Of a DNA stretch of 64,000 nucleotides, positions 50,993-60,867 are shown one piece after another (the first letter of the stretch is position 1; the number at the start of each line of letters is the position of its first letter). Source of the stretch: a virus. Its lineage: Duplodnaviria; Heunggongvirae; Uroviricota; Caudoviricetes. The position numbers and the translations under genes are program-made. The stretch is from IMG/VR virus record IMGVR_UViG_3300002641_000714. One strand, 5' to 3'. The notes under the pieces were generated by a model. That model was given only the letters and a program-made list of their open reading frames with translations. It was not told the origin of the DNA and searched no databases.

Positions 50993-51673
50993 ATGAACCA
51001 ATTTTTAGATAATATTAAAAACATACGGGATATTAAATCAGTTGATGCCGAAGAAGCTATTATTAAAAGCCTAATGGTTTAGAATAACAGGCAAAATGAA
51101 AAATTAGAGGATTTGGATTCTTATGATTCTGAATCATTGTTTAACGGAAAAATATACAGGGGAAATATGTATATTTTTACATATAATGCTAAAAATCCTA
51201 CAAAATATACATATAAAGGTAAAGATGTTTATTTTTCAGATTTAATGCCTGTAGTTTTAATTACAAATGAAACTTCAACAACTATTAGAGGAATTAATTT
51301 GAATTTTTGTAATAAAGCACTTAAAACATTGATTCTCAATATATTAACTAATATGGATGAAGAATTTTATTTTGATGGGTTGGCACAAAAAATGGCTTTT
51401 AATAAAATTGCGCCAATTTCTGAAAAGGTTTATAGATTTTTATCATCTAATGATGCAGAAGAAAAAATAATTAAAGAATTGAAACGTGATTATCCGGATA
51501 TTGATTATAATATTCTTTTTAGAAATTATGCAGTTACTAATATAAAAGATATTAGATTGATAGAACCGTGGTAGTGGAAATATATTCCATTTCTTAATTA
51601 TGATTCATTTGATAAAGGCGAAACATTAAAAGCAATATAGAAAATATTTGGATTTGATGCAATTCATATTTAA
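50993..51673 (+). CDS. T4 gp2-like DNA end protector protein
   Basis: GNMYIFTYNAK..FSDLMPVVL..GINLNF..RNY..IEPW(Q)WKYIPFL resembles the gp2 family; three TAGs. Confidence 0.65.
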
Positions 51674-51699
51674 AAAATGGAACTTAATTTTAAGTTCCA

Positions 51700-52506
51700 T
51701 TATTCGTCTTCCTTAATATATATTGATAATCTGTCATATAATACACCGGATGATAATATTTGCATAAATACATGATATACATCATATTTTGAAAATTTGC
51801 ATTCATTATCTAATAACTATGCAAGCGTATTATATAATCTTGATTTTATTTTATTCTTAATATAAACATCCATCATTGAAGTTGATTCATATAAATACAT
51901 TGGAATTTCATATTCAACTTGATCTTCCAAATCTTCCCAAAAAGTAGTATCATTAATAACGCCATCTGATCCTATTAATGCATTTTTAACCATTTTCTTT
52001 GTAAAAATATTTTTAATATCAATTTCAGTTTCCAATACCAATACAAGTTTATTAAGTATTGCATTATATAATTCTTGATAATCTTTACTTAATTTTACTT
52101 GCTTATTTTCATTGTCTCTGTTATAAAATGTATCAGTTAATGGTAACTCGTCATCATCTAATTCACTCCAGTCTATATCTTCATTAATATGATAATTTTC
52201 ATCTATTAGTTTTTCTGTTTTATTCTAAGTTCCAGTATATGGATAGTCAACATAATCTAAATTATCATGTCCTTTCATCATCTGTTGTATTGGATCATCA
52301 TAACCGCTTAATATATTACAATTATCTATCATTTTTATTGATATACTTAATAGATTATTATAGTCACCAGACAACGCTTCAGATTTATATACGGTAATAG
52401 CGTCTCGTGAATAACCACATTGTTTCATTGCATTAGCGACATAACTTATTATTGCAAATGCATTTCCGTCTATTCCTATTAATGAATATGGATGTCTTTT
52501 TCCCAT
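51700..52506 (-). CDS. Hypothetical protein, 268 aa (N-terminal GIDGNAFAII domain)
   Basis: Joins 52225..52506 and 51817..52041 across TAGs; ends TAA. Confidence 0.7.
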
Positions 52507-52562
52507 TAGTAAACTTTATTAAATTTTTATTTTATAATTTATAAATCATTATATTTATTTTA

Positions 52563-53384
52563 ATGGAAAATATTAAACAAAAAATAAAAGAAAAGAACAA
52601 AGAAATAAATCAACTTCTAGAAACTCGAACTATGTCTGTTTCTAAATTAATAGAATATATGCATAAAGAGTTTGATAGAGAGGGCATTGCAAAGAAATGT
52701 TTTGAAAAGGGTTTTAATGATCCAGAATCTAAATATTACAAAATGGATGTTAATGCAATTTTAGAATCATGGGATGCAAAAGCGACGGAATCTAAAAAAT
52801 ATGGTTCTATGATGGATAATTATATTGGAACATTTTTGACAGATCCAGATTATTTAGAAACATGGAAGCTTGATAATAATTATGAATATGATCCTAGAAT
52901 CCATAGTCTCTGTGAAGGATTTAACCAATTTTATAAAGTATTAACAGAAAAAACAGATTATAAATATGTTTGCCGTGAAGAAAAGATGTTTATTAAATCT
53001 AATAAAACAGACGAGTGGATTAATGGACGGTTTGATTGTTTGTTTTATTCTGAAAAATTAAACAAATATTTAGTTATAGATTGGAAAACATCTGGTTCAA
53101 TAGATAAGGAAAACAAATGGGAAAAATTATTCGGACCGCTTTATGACAAAGATGCTTGCAATTTGAATGAATATACAATTCAAGTTCAAATGTATAAAAA
53201 AGCATTATCTGAAGTTTATGAATTAGCACCTCCTGAGAATATAGATGTTTATATCTGTCAATTCTCTATAGAACCGAATGAATTTGGAAACCATTTTCAA
53301 TTATATAATCAAGGTTTTGAATATGACAGTAAAAAATTAGATGATATTATAGAATTTGCATATAAAAAATCCAGAATCAAATAA
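52563..53384 (+). CDS. PD-(D/E)XK (Cas4/RecB-like) exonuclease
   Basis: SVSKL, GRFDCLF, VIDWKT, YTIQVQMYK. Confidence 0.8.
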   Translation: MENIKQKIKEKNKEINQLLETRTMSVSKLIEYMHKEFDREGIAKKCFEKGFNDPESKYYKMDVNAILESWDAKATESKKYGSMMDNYIGTFLTDPDYLETWKLDNNYEYDPRIHSLCEGFNQFYKVLTEKTDYKYVCREEKMFIKSNKTDEWINGRFDCLFYSEKLNKYLVIDWKTSGSIDKENKWEKLFGPLYDKDACNLNEYTIQVQMYKKALSEVYELAPPENIDVYICQFSIEPNEFGNHFQLYNQGFEYDSKKLDDIIEFAYKKSRIK

Positions 53385-53398
53385 TTCTGGATTTTTTA

Positions 53399-54037
53399 TT
53401 ATTTTCTAAGTGATTTTAGAATATAATTTGGTGATTTTTTAATTCTGGCTTCTAAAACTTTACAATATTTTGTAAATTCATTATTTGTATTTCTATATGT
53501 ATCAGACGTCCACATTCTTACATTAGAAACATCCCAATTTGTTATATCACATCTTAAAGATTGACATCCTTGAAATGTATATAACATTTTTGTTACATGA
53601 GAAACGTCCCATTTAGAAATATCACCATTAAATGTATTTACATTTCTTCCGAATACATTTGGAAACAAATTTGAAAGAGAATCAATTTTTGAAGTATCTA
53701 TCCAATTAAAATTACCTTCCATACCTAAATATTTTGCATTTGCGGCACGGCGTAATATATCTTCTAATTGACTTCTATCCTATACCTATACAATTTTTAA
53801 ATATTTACCTTCAATATCATTATTAAGCTGACCTATTGCCATTTCTTCAAATGTTGTTAATGGACTATCATTATCAACCAATATATGTGAATTTATAAAA
53901 TCTTCAATAAAATTGGTAGTTTTAATTTTACTGTTGACTTGTCCCTAAAGATCCTCTTCATCATCAAATGAATCAAGATTAAAGGCTTCAGCTAAATTAT
54001 ATAATTTATACTTATTATATTTTTGAAAATTAAACAT
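53399..54037 (-). CDS. Divergent leader-B + DUF285/BspA-like repeat protein
   Basis: AFNLDSFDDEEDL(Q)GQVNSKIK; NWIDTSKI, FNGDISKWDVSHVTKM; three TAGs. Confidence 0.75.
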
Positions 54038-54191
54038 CTAAATAAAATTGTTATTTTTATTATTTATTTACAAAATAAAAAATGATAGTAAAGGAGACCG
54101 GTACATTCCATTTACTATCATGTGATAATTAAATATATGATTTAGCGTATACTTAAAATATTTTATTAATACGGTAAGAGATCATATTAAA

Positions 54192-54779
54192 TTAAATATC
54201 ATTATATTTATTCCTATATATTTTAATATGTTTATGTAGATCTTTTCTAATTTCAATATTTTCACATGGATTAAATTCCAAATCAATAACACCATTGACA
54301 GTACTTTCTAATAATGGGTTTATATCATTTATTTTATTATTATAAACATATAAATTATGCCCTATTTGTTTCGGCATGCCTTCTAATGAAGTTAAACCGC
54401 ATCCTGCACAAATAAAATCACCATCAACTTCCTTTGGTCCACCTTTTAATGATGTTAAATATGGTTGTCTTTTGCACTTAAAGTCACCATGAATAATATC
54501 TGGAAAATTTTCAAGAGTAGTTAAATTACCTTGAATAAATTTATCATAATTATCAATTATTACATTTCCATAAACTTCATCAATTTTAACTTCAAGTCTG
54601 TCAAATTGATGCGGAATCATAATATTACCATAGACAACAACTTTTCCATCTTCAAGCTTTACTTTGAAATTTTTCCCATATTGTCCATATAAATTTTCAT
54701 ATACCCATTTAACTCGTTCATCATTAAGATAAATCGAGCTGTCTGGTAATACGATAATATTTAATTTATTTGTTTTCAT
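54192..54779 (-). CDS. Phage leucine-rich-repeat-like protein
   Basis: Repeats LTTLENFP..I.GDF.C, LTSLKGGPKEVDGDF.C, LTSLEGMPKQIG. Confidence 0.75.
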   Translation of the reverse strand: MKTNKLNIIVLPDSSIYLNDERVKWVYENLYGQYGKNFKVKLEDGKVVVYGNIMIPHQFDRLEVKIDEVYGNVIIDNYDKFIQGNLTTLENFPDIIHGDFKCKRQPYLTSLKGGPKEVDGDFICAGCGLTSLEGMPKQIGHNLYVYNNKINDINPLLESTVNGVIDLEFNPCENIEIRKDLHKHIKIYRNKYNDI

Positions 54780-54814
54780 AGAAATATATTTTAATTCCTA
54801 TTTTATTTTGTTAC

Positions 54815-54853
54815 TGCAAAATTAATATAAAATATTTAAATTAAAAAATAGAA
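54815..54853 (-). promoter_or_regulatory. Putative early promoter
   Basis: TTCTATTTTTTAATTT...TAATTTTGCA. Confidence 0.65.
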
Positions 54854-54854
54854 A

Positions 54855-55289
54855 TTAAATTTTTTCAGATAATTCTTTAATTATTTGTTCTTTAGAAGAT
54901 AGATGAGATATCCGGCATAAATCACATAAAAATTCTTTTAACTTATATGGTTGGTTATTTTCAAAATATCTGATTATGCCTTCTAATGATGTATCTGGAC
55001 TATTTTCATAATCATAGACTTCATACCCAGATTCTTCTAAATATCCAATAAGTTCATCTTCATCAAAATCTGCTAGAGTTATATCGTCTCTATCTACTAA
55101 ATCATAATCATCTGGATCAATTTCCCATTCTATATTAGAAGTTCTGCTTCGTTCTGCTCGTTTAGCCGCTTTAATATCTGATGCTTGTAATTCTTTTCTA
55201 TCATTTAATTCTTCCTCTAAAATAGATGTAGGAATTTTTTCAATAATATCTTGTGCATCAATATTTATATCTACTGTATGCCAGCTCAT
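54855..55289 (-). CDS. Hypothetical acidic protein
   Basis: 144-aa ORF, no TAG. Confidence 0.75.
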   Translation of the reverse strand: MSWHTVDINIDAQDIIEKIPTSILEEELNDRKELQASDIKAAKRAERSRTSNIEWEIDPDDYDLVDRDDITLADFDEDELIGYLEESGYEVYDYENSPDTSLEGIIRYFENNQPYKLKEFLCDLCRISHLSSKEQIIKELSEKI

Positions 55290-55357
55290 AATTAATAATT
55301 ATTAAATTTTTAAAATTATATACAAAAAAGAGGTGTTTGTTTCACCTCTTTAATTGT

Positions 55358-56506
55358 TTAATATTTTTTGCCATCTATACCTATTGACATTGATGTTCGC
55401 AAATCTTGTTCCATAATAGAACAGCTAAATATATGAGACAATTGAACATGTAATTCAATATTATCTTCATTAACTTTTACATTAAATGTAAAATATCCAG
55501 TACCAACACTAAGTTTTCCTCTATTAACCAAATTATCATAAAGTCCGACATAATTTTCCTCAATTTCTTTACGCATTGAACTAATGGTATCAATAGCATA
55601 TTCAGACATTGTATGATCTTCTCTAATTGAATAAACTCCATTATTCTCAAAAACCTCATTAGTCTTTTTAGTATATGCCTCATAGTCAGCTAATAGTCGA
55701 TTATCTGTTTCAGCCATCTTAAAAAGTTGAGAAACTTTATCAACACTAAGTTTTCCTGGAATTGTATAAATAGCATCAACAAAAATTGCTTCTACAGAAA
55801 AATCAGCACCACCGTGTTCAGTATTAATATCCAAACAAAAATGTTCAGAATACAAAGTAAAGAATCCGGGTGTAACAGTACCATCTCCTATAGTATTTTC
55901 ATCCATAAAATTTGTATACAACTCCCAAAGTTCATCTTGCAAAGCACCTTCAGAAGTATGATCACCCATTTCATTAAATATGCATGCAAGCTCTTCAAAT
56001 GGATACTTCTCCATAAGAATATTCATATACTCGTCACAATGATCTTCTTGAGAAACATCGAGAAAATCTTTGGCAGCTTTATTCCAATCCTCAAAAGATT
56101 TTGTTCTGTCAAATAAACGTATATCAATATTAAATTGTGGCATATGATATTGGTCATACTTAGGATATCCAAGATATTTGGCATTCATTGGAATATATGA
56201 ATTGTTATATATAATAAGAATATGCCAAATATGTGCTTCAATACCGTCTGCCCAACGAACAACATTATCTACATCTTTTAACAAATGCTGATATTCATCT
56301 GCATAATTAGGCATATCTGCAAGAGAATTAACCCACTCGAGATAATCTTGTCGCATTATTTTCCATACTTTTTCCGGAGTATTAATAGATTTATAGGAAT
56401 GACCGTCCATTTGCATGAAACGCTGCATATCCTTAACTACATCGTCAGTATGACGATAAAAATTCTTTGCATACAGAACTACATTTTTAATGTGTGATGT
56501 TTTCAT
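55358..56506 (-). CDS. Hypothetical protein
   Basis: 382-aa ORF preceded by an early promoter motif; no TAG. Confidence 0.8.
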   Translation of the reverse strand: MKTSHIKNVVLYAKNFYRHTDDVVKDMQRFMQMDGHSYKSINTPEKVWKIMRQDYLEWVNSLADMPNYADEYQHLLKDVDNVVRWADGIEAHIWHILIIYNNSYIPMNAKYLGYPKYDQYHMPQFNIDIRLFDRTKSFEDWNKAAKDFLDVSQEDHCDEYMNILMEKYPFEELACIFNEMGDHTSEGALQDELWELYTNFMDENTIGDGTVTPGFFTLYSEHFCLDINTEHGGADFSVEAIFVDAIYTIPGKLSVDKVSQLFKMAETDNRLLADYEAYTKKTNEVFENNGVYSIREDHTMSEYAIDTISSMRKEIEENYVGLYDNLVNRGKLSVGTGYFTFNVKVNEDNIELHVQLSHIFSCSIMEQDLRTSMSIGIDGKKY

Positions 56507-56531
56507 ATTCGTATATTATTTTTAATTACAA

Positions 56532-56571
56532 TGCAAAATTAATACTTTTTTCTTAAATTAAAAAATAGAAG
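56532..56571 (-). promoter_or_regulatory. Putative early promoter
   Basis: CTTCTATTTTTTAATTT...TAATTTTGCA. Confidence 0.7.
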
Positions 56572-56572
56572 C

Positions 56573-57193
56573 TTAATAATGTAAAACATTTATTACTTCA
56601 AAATTTAAAAGTTTTGCGCACATTGGCAGCAAATCTTTTTCAATATCCATTGATTGACGATCAAAATATGGTAGTTCGATTCCGAATTTTTTCTTAAAAC
56701 TCCAATAAAAATCATCATTTTCCTGATTATAAACTGGAATATATTTTTTCATATGGCATAATGTATACTTATGAATATACTTAGCCATGAAATCTTTAGA
56801 GAATTTATCCGAATTTATATAATCTGGATTGTCAACGCGTTTAACAAATTCAATATTTCTAACATAATAAATATCATCTTGTTTTGTCCGATGCGTTTGA
56901 TTTAATAAATCAAATTTTTGTGTACAATTTTCATCAACATAATATGGCCCATATGCTCTGCTACCAATATAATCATTGATACACTTTTCATTTAGTTTTC
57001 CACAGAAGCAATCATCATAAACAACTATATTATCCCCAACAAATTCATCTTTAAATGTAATACAGCTAGAACCATTAAAACCTTCAAGGCTTACAAAATC
57101 AATTACCTTTCCGGTTTCAAGTGAAATAAAATCAATTGTTGGCTCTCCACATTCTTGTGGTCTATTAATAATTGCTAAAACTTTTTGGTTCAT
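56573..57193 (-). CDS. Hypothetical protein
   Basis: 206-aa ORF with its own early promoter. Confidence 0.75.
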   Translation of the reverse strand: MNQKVLAIINRPQECGEPTIDFISLETGKVIDFVSLEGFNGSSCITFKDEFVGDNIVVYDDCFCGKLNEKCINDYIGSRAYGPYYVDENCTQKFDLLNQTHRTKQDDIYYVRNIEFVKRVDNPDYINSDKFSKDFMAKYIHKYTLCHMKKYIPVYNQENDDFYWSFKKKFGIELPYFDRQSMDIEKDLLPMCAKLLNFEVINVLHY

Positions 57194-57217
57194 ATATTAA
57201 TTTATTTTTAATTATAA

Positions 57218-57257
57218 TGCAAAAATAATACTTTTTTCGTAAATTAAAAAATAGAAG
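57218..57257 (-). promoter_or_regulatory. Putative early promoter
   Basis: CTTCTATTTTTTAATTT...TATTTTTGCA. Confidence 0.7.
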
Positions 57258-57281
57258 CTAATTTTTTAGCTCCTATTAAAA

Positions 57282-58154
57282 TTAAATATCTCCTGCAATA
57301 TCACTATAACAACTATCACATAACCATTCATAATGAGATTCATTACATATATCCCAATAATATGGATTACGAACATACGATGCACCTTCTCGCCCACATC
57401 TACTACAATGCCCTGGTGTATGTTTCAATCTTTCTAGTTCTTCTTCATATTGCCGTTTACGTTCTTCCTCTTCAGCGTGTTTTCTCAATATTTCAGCTTT
57501 TTCCTCATCTGAATAATCATATGGATCAGAAGCCCTAAATACACCAAGATCTATACGTTTAATACATTTTCCATGAGGATCCACATTAGACCAATCAAAT
57601 TCAGGAAATACACGTTCAATTGTTGATTGTCCACAAAATAGTAATTTTGATTTGTCTTTTACGTTCCAATATTTATATTCATATGATCCTTTATTTTCCC
57701 TAAAAATTAAATGGTTAGCCCAAATTTTTGCATGCTTAGTAAATATTTTTGAGGACTTTGTTTTCAATACAGGTTTATCTTCACCAAAATAAAGTACTAA
57801 ATCATTATCTTGTGTAAAACATAACCACGGATCTACATTCTCAATGTAAATAGGTCCATTAAGATTATGAATGTCATAACCGAAAAACTCATAAACTTCT
57901 TCAGGTGTAGTGTGGTAATCCCAAATATGTTTAATTTCCCATTGGTCTGCAGGTTTCTCCCTAAAATGCAAAAGCATAACATCATGAAGTTCTCTCATAT
58001 ATCCTTCACGTTGTTCCTCAACCATATCAAAACCATCATCAACATACCCATGTTGAAGCGTCCATATTTGCCTTGGAACTTTTTTCAATGAATTTCGATG
58101 AAAAACCAAACAATGTGGCTGAAATGATAATTCATTTAATACTATTGTTGCCAT
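57282..58154 (-). CDS. Hypothetical protein with C-terminal Zn ribbon
   Basis: CSRC...LCDSC at the C-terminus. Confidence 0.75.
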   Translation of the reverse strand: MATIVLNELSFQPHCLVFHRNSLKKVPRQIWTLQHGYVDDGFDMVEEQREGYMRELHDVMLLHFREKPADQWEIKHIWDYHTTPEEVYEFFGYDIHNLNGPIYIENVDPWLCFTQDNDLVLYFGEDKPVLKTKSSKIFTKHAKIWANHLIFRENKGSYEYKYWNVKDKSKLLFCGQSTIERVFPEFDWSNVDPHGKCIKRIDLGVFRASDPYDYSDEEKAEILRKHAEEEERKRQYEEELERLKHTPGHCSRCGREGASYVRNPYYWDICNESHYEWLCDSCYSDIAGDI

Positions 58155-58155
58155 G

Positions 58156-58422
58156 TTACAAGTTGCTTTCTAATTTCTTAATTAGTTTTTCAGATTTTTT
58201 TATTTTTCTTTTTTCTTCGGCAATCATTTGCTTTAATGTTAAAAAATAAAGCGGAGCTTCACAACTAAATTCTTTACTGAATTTTTTGCATTGATTTCTT
58301 AATGCACATATCTCAAAACAACATGGTTGCCCTTCTTTCCATTGCTTAGTATAATATTTCTTACCATTATATTCAATAATGTCTCCTACTTGAGGATATT
58401 TTTTACAATTTGCTATTACCAT
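58156..58422 (-). CDS. Small Cys-rich hypothetical protein
   Basis: Operon-coupled; CC..C....C. Confidence 0.65.
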   Translation of the reverse strand: MVIANCKKYPQVGDIIEYNGKKYYTKQWKEGQPCCFEICALRNQCKKFSKEFSCEAPLYFLTLKQMIAEEKRKIKKSEKLIKKLESNL

Positions 58423-58432
58423 ATTAAATATT

Positions 58433-59182
58433 TTAATTAAATTTGATTGTATCAGACATTTTCATTTTAAATAAATTTATTTCATGCATTTTGGCAATTG
58501 TATTATCTGCAACTTCATCGCCAGATGTTCCTTCACGAATATATTTGTCAAGCTTTTCATAATTGAATCCCATTTTTTCAAATTTCTCATCATCAGCACA
58601 ACTATGCGGAAGTCCGTCATCAGGAACTTTGTAAACCCATTTCTTTGGAATTCCAAGTACATCACCAATTTGATACAACTCATGAACAGTCAACTCTGCA
58701 ACAGGCTCAAAATCTGAAGCACCATCACCATACTTTGTAAAATAACCAATATAATTTTCACTTGCATTGCATGTACCGATAACTCTACCATTCATTGTTT
58801 GTGAAATCGCATATAAAACAAGCATACGCATACGTGGCGGAATATTTTGTTCTGCCTGCTTACTCATTTGCACACCAAATACATTATTGGTTTGTGCATA
58901 TACACCTGTTGTGAGTTGACCAATATTTACTGTTCCATAATGAATTCCCAACCATTCTGCAATTTGATTAGCCTCATTTATACCTTGTTTACTATCAGGA
59001 ATCCCAACTCCATATACTCTATTCGGTCCAAGTGCTTCAGCACACAATGCCGCAACAATTGTACTATCTTTACCGCCAGACAAACCAATTACTGCATTAC
59101 ACCCCTTACCATTTTTATCAAACCAATCACGAATACCCTGTACCAATTGATCTTTTACTTTAACTGCATCAAATTTTTTCAT
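58433..59182 (-). CDS. nadE: NH3-dependent NAD+ synthetase
   Basis: AVIGLSGGKDS, NIPPRMRM, IGTCNASE..IGYFTKYGDG, KVPDDGL, DDEKF. Confidence 0.92.
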   Translation of the reverse strand: MKKFDAVKVKDQLVQGIRDWFDKNGKGCNAVIGLSGGKDSTIVAALCAEALGPNRVYGVGIPDSKQGINEANQIAEWLGIHYGTVNIGQLTTGVYAQTNNVFGVQMSKQAEQNIPPRMRMLVLYAISQTMNGRVIGTCNASENYIGYFTKYGDGASDFEPVAELTVHELYQIGDVLGIPKKWVYKVPDDGLPHSCADDEKFEKMGFNYEKLDKYIREGTSGDEVADNTIAKMHEINLFKMKMSDTIKFN

Positions 59183-59232
59183 ATTATCTACAAATTTTAA
59201 TTGTTAATTCTACTTTAGTTGGTTCTGTATCT

Positions 59233-59685
59233 TCACTCATCATATCCTGGACATTCGCCACAATCATAACATTCGCCACAATCACAATCATCACATAAAC
59301 ATTTAATATTTTTCGCTTCAAAATTTTTTTCAAAGTTTTCGAATAACTTACTTATGTTTTCTTTAGCCACTGGATTTGATGAATGAACATACCATTGTGG
59401 TAATTCTGTATTGTTATCCATACAATATTTAACAAGCCATTTTGCACAATCATATCCTTCACCGTTTCCAAGGCCTAAATCATTATCAAAACTAATAAGA
59501 TCTGGCAAACCATTTTCTTTGATATAATTTTTAAACTCTGTTTGTGTTTTTGCCCAAAATATTCCACAAGGTTCATTCTCATCAAAAATGAAAAAATATT
59601 CTTTTTTGAGATATTGAATCACCAGTTTCCATTCTGCCTTATTAAATGGATTTCTTATATCATCTAACCAAAGTATTGTTTTCAT
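59233..59685 (-). CDS. Cyclic-phosphate-processing receiver-like domain protein
   Basis: LWLDDIR, ISFDNDLG, GYDCAKWL, VHSSNP; Cys-rich tail. Confidence 0.75.
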   Translation of the reverse strand: MKTILWLDDIRNPFNKAEWKLVIQYLKKEYFFIFDENEPCGIFWAKTQTEFKNYIKENGLPDLISFDNDLGLGNGEGYDCAKWLVKYCMDNNTELPQWYVHSSNPVAKENISKLFENFEKNFEAKNIKCLCDDCDCGECYDCGECPGYDE

Positions 59686-59708
59686 AATATTTTATAAAAA
59701 TTTACAAT

Positions 59709-59918
59709 TTAATCTACGATTATCCAATCATTTGCTCTTACATCACTAAGAGAAAAATCTTCACCAAGATGTAATAATTTAATTCCATCCTCTCCTTTAA
59801 CCATTAGTCTAGTAGTATATCCATAGGTAGTTTCCATCCAAAGAAAAGGGCCCCAAGATACTCTGCGAATTTTCTTTCCATTAAGAAAATCAGGCAAAAT
59901 TTCAAATAAAGTTTTCAT
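59709..59918 (-). CDS. DUF2829/Tad2-like small protein
   Basis: L..GKKIRRVSW...S.SDV.ANDW.IVD matches the DUF2829 pattern (GKKV.R..W ... D.LA.DW). Confidence 0.55.
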   Translation of the reverse strand: MKTLFEILPDFLNGKKIRRVSWGPFLWMETTYGYTTRLMVKGEDGIKLLHLGEDFSLSDVRANDWIIVD

Positions 59919-59925
59919 AATATTA

Positions 59926-60486
59926 TTATAAAATTTTTAAATCTTCAATCAACTTAACAGGAACACTCAACATAAAATTAGTTTCATTTGGATCAACAAG
60001 GTGCTCAATAAAATTTGGCAATTCTTTTTTATATTGTTTTGCCATAGAAGTTTTATTCTCTGTTGCATATCGAGTATTTGCCAACCGATCACAAAATTTT
60101 ACAAATGCTGCAAATGGCGTAGCTTTAATTCCTGCATAGTATTTGTCATTTGCACGTTCTGCTCGATTTCTGCCTTTTTCATTAGTAAGTGCATATACGA
60201 TTTCCGTAGCCATAATTGCATGTTCATCATTATCAAAAAATCGTTTAGCTTCTTTTAAAACATCATTATATGTAAGGCGGGCATCCTCAATAGTATCATG
60301 AAAACATGCGCCAAATGCAATAATGTATTTATACTTTTCAAATTCAGGAAAGCATTTTCCATATTCCATTGCATTTTCTAATACAGCTTTAAGATGAAAA
60401 ATATAAGGTTTGCCATCAAAAAACTGATTTACTTCAGCATGAATAGCTCCTGCGGTGTTAAGCATTGTTCTAATGTAATCTTCCAT
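59926..60486 (-). CDS. HD-domain hydrolase, SpoT/Mesh1-like small alarmone hydrolase type
   Basis: H..VNQ..DGKPYIFHL, FHDTIED, V.ALT, VKFCDRLAN. Confidence 0.8.
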   Translation of the reverse strand: MEDYIRTMLNTAGAIHAEVNQFFDGKPYIFHLKAVLENAMEYGKCFPEFEKYKYIIAFGACFHDTIEDARLTYNDVLKEAKRFFDNDEHAIMATEIVYALTNEKGRNRAERANDKYYAGIKATPFAAFVKFCDRLANTRYATENKTSMAKQYKKELPNFIEHLVDPNETNFMLSVPVKLIEDLKIL

Positions 60487-60512
60487 AATTAATATATTTT
60501 TTTAAATGTTGG

Positions 60513-60552
60513 TGCAAAATTAACGCTTTTTTCTTAAATTAAAAAATAGAAG
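60513..60552 (-). promoter_or_regulatory. Putative early promoter driving the HD-Tad2-like-REC-nadE operon
   Basis: CTTCTATTTTTTAATTT...TAATTTTGCA, with a second CTTCTATTTT copy just upstream. Confidence 0.7.
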
Positions 60553-60867
60553 TTAAATAAAAATAGAAGTTAAATACTATATCTCCACCATGTTACATAT
60601 TCAATTTCATTTCCATTTATCACAGAATAAAATTTTCCATTTTTAAAAATTGCAGGTGAAATTGGTTTCATACCCATACCAAATGAATAATATACCCCTG
60701 AATTTTCAGCAGGTTTTTCTTTTTATCGAATGTCATTTATAAAGTGTATAGCCTTTTGGCAAGCACCATTTATTAATAAATGCTAAAATTTTTCTTTCAT
60801 TTATCATAAACTAATCTTATTTTTTACTATATAAATAATATATAAAAATCTTAAAAAGTTTACAAAA

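Noticed and set aside
52563..53384. Cas4 of a CRISPR-Cas system
   Set aside because: Stand-alone PD-(D/E)XK nuclease without the Cas4 Fe-S cysteine pattern, other cas genes or an array
60570..60807. Small minus-strand gene upstream of the HD operon
   Set aside because: Candidate frames are interrupted by TAA/TGA; at best a degraded remnant, so not called
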